DNA of 64,000 nucleotides from Escherichia coli (GTDB lineage Bacteria; Pseudomonadota; Gammaproteobacteria; Enterobacterales; Enterobacteriaceae): NCBI RefSeq assembly GCF_044324875.1, contig NZ_CP172185.1; one strand, 5' to 3'. Shown piece by piece: positions 63,475 to 64,000 of this stretch (position 1 is its first letter; each line of letters starts with the position of its first letter). The notes under the pieces were generated by a model. It saw only the letters and a program-made list of their open reading frames with translations, ran no database searches and was not told where the DNA came from. The position numbers and the translations under genes were made by a program.

Positions 63475-63612
63475 TTTTACTTCTTCATGCCAAAAGGGAG
63501 CTATCTCCCTTGTTTGAATTGAAAAGTCCAGGCTGCAAAGTCTGGGCTTTTGTCGTATTAGGGCGCGGTAAAGTTTTGCTGTGCTCGTAAAAAATGGCTG
63601 GCTTTACACAAG

Positions 63613-64000
63613 GAATGTGGCAATGAGTGGTGAAAAAAAGGCGAAAGGCTGGCGGTTCTATGGTCTTGTATGTTTGGGCGCAATAGTACTGCTTTCCGCT
63701 GGCGTCTGGGCGTTGCAATATGCTGGCAGTGGGCCAGAAAAAACGTTGTCGCCGCTGGTGGTGCACAACAATCTGCAAATCGATCTCAATGAGCCGGACC
63801 TCTTTCTCGACAGCGACTCTCTGAGCCAGCTTCCCAAAGACCTCCTTACCATTCCGTTTCTCCACGATGTTCTGAGTGAAGATTTCGTTTTCTATTATCA
63901 GAATCATGCCGATCGTCTGGGCATTGAAGGCAGCATTCGCCGCATTGTCTATGAACACGAGCTCACGCTGAAAGATAAGCTCTTTTCGTCACTCTTAGAT
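63613..64000 (+). CDS. yfaA: YfaA, N-terminal part (3' end lies outside the window)
   Basis: ORF beginning MSGEKKAKGWRFYGLVCLGAIVLL (N-terminal transmembrane helix) running to the window edge. Confidence 0.7.

Noticed and set aside
63485-63958. 157-aa minus-strand ORF overlapping the yfaA start
   Set aside because: The plus-strand frame encodes a typical N-terminal transmembrane helix and continues to the window edge, so the minus-strand frame is most likely spurious.

Overview
This window reads as a contiguous Escherichia coli-type chromosomal segment, recognised from the ORF translations and gene order; no search was run. It is almost entirely conserved core operons: the 3' end of nuoF and nuoG-N (NADH:quinone oxidoreductase), yfbM, yfbL, elaD, rbn, elaA, elaB, menFDHBCE (menaquinone), pmrD, arnBCADTEF on the minus strand (lipid A L-Ara4N modification), ais, nudI, yfaZ, yfaY, rhmRDTA (L-rhamnonate), ypaA/rpnB, glpCBA and the divergent glpTQ, inaA, yfaE-nrdB-nrdA (minus), yfaL autotransporter, ubiG, gyrA and the start of yfaA. 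I found no rRNA, tRNA, CRISPR array, IS transposase or prophage genes. The candidate for an undescribed system is a visibly AT-rich insert between glpQ and a LysR regulator (about 46.8-48.6 kb) carrying a 368-aa orphan ORF with no motif I can recognise, preceded by a possible 72-aa ORF. From the sequence alone I cannot assign it a function. Other points worth a second look are the rpnB/ypaA nuclease locus with 24-bp in-frame tandem repeats, an intact LysR-MFS pair, and the absence of genes that I recall flanking elaD and nuoN in K-12.
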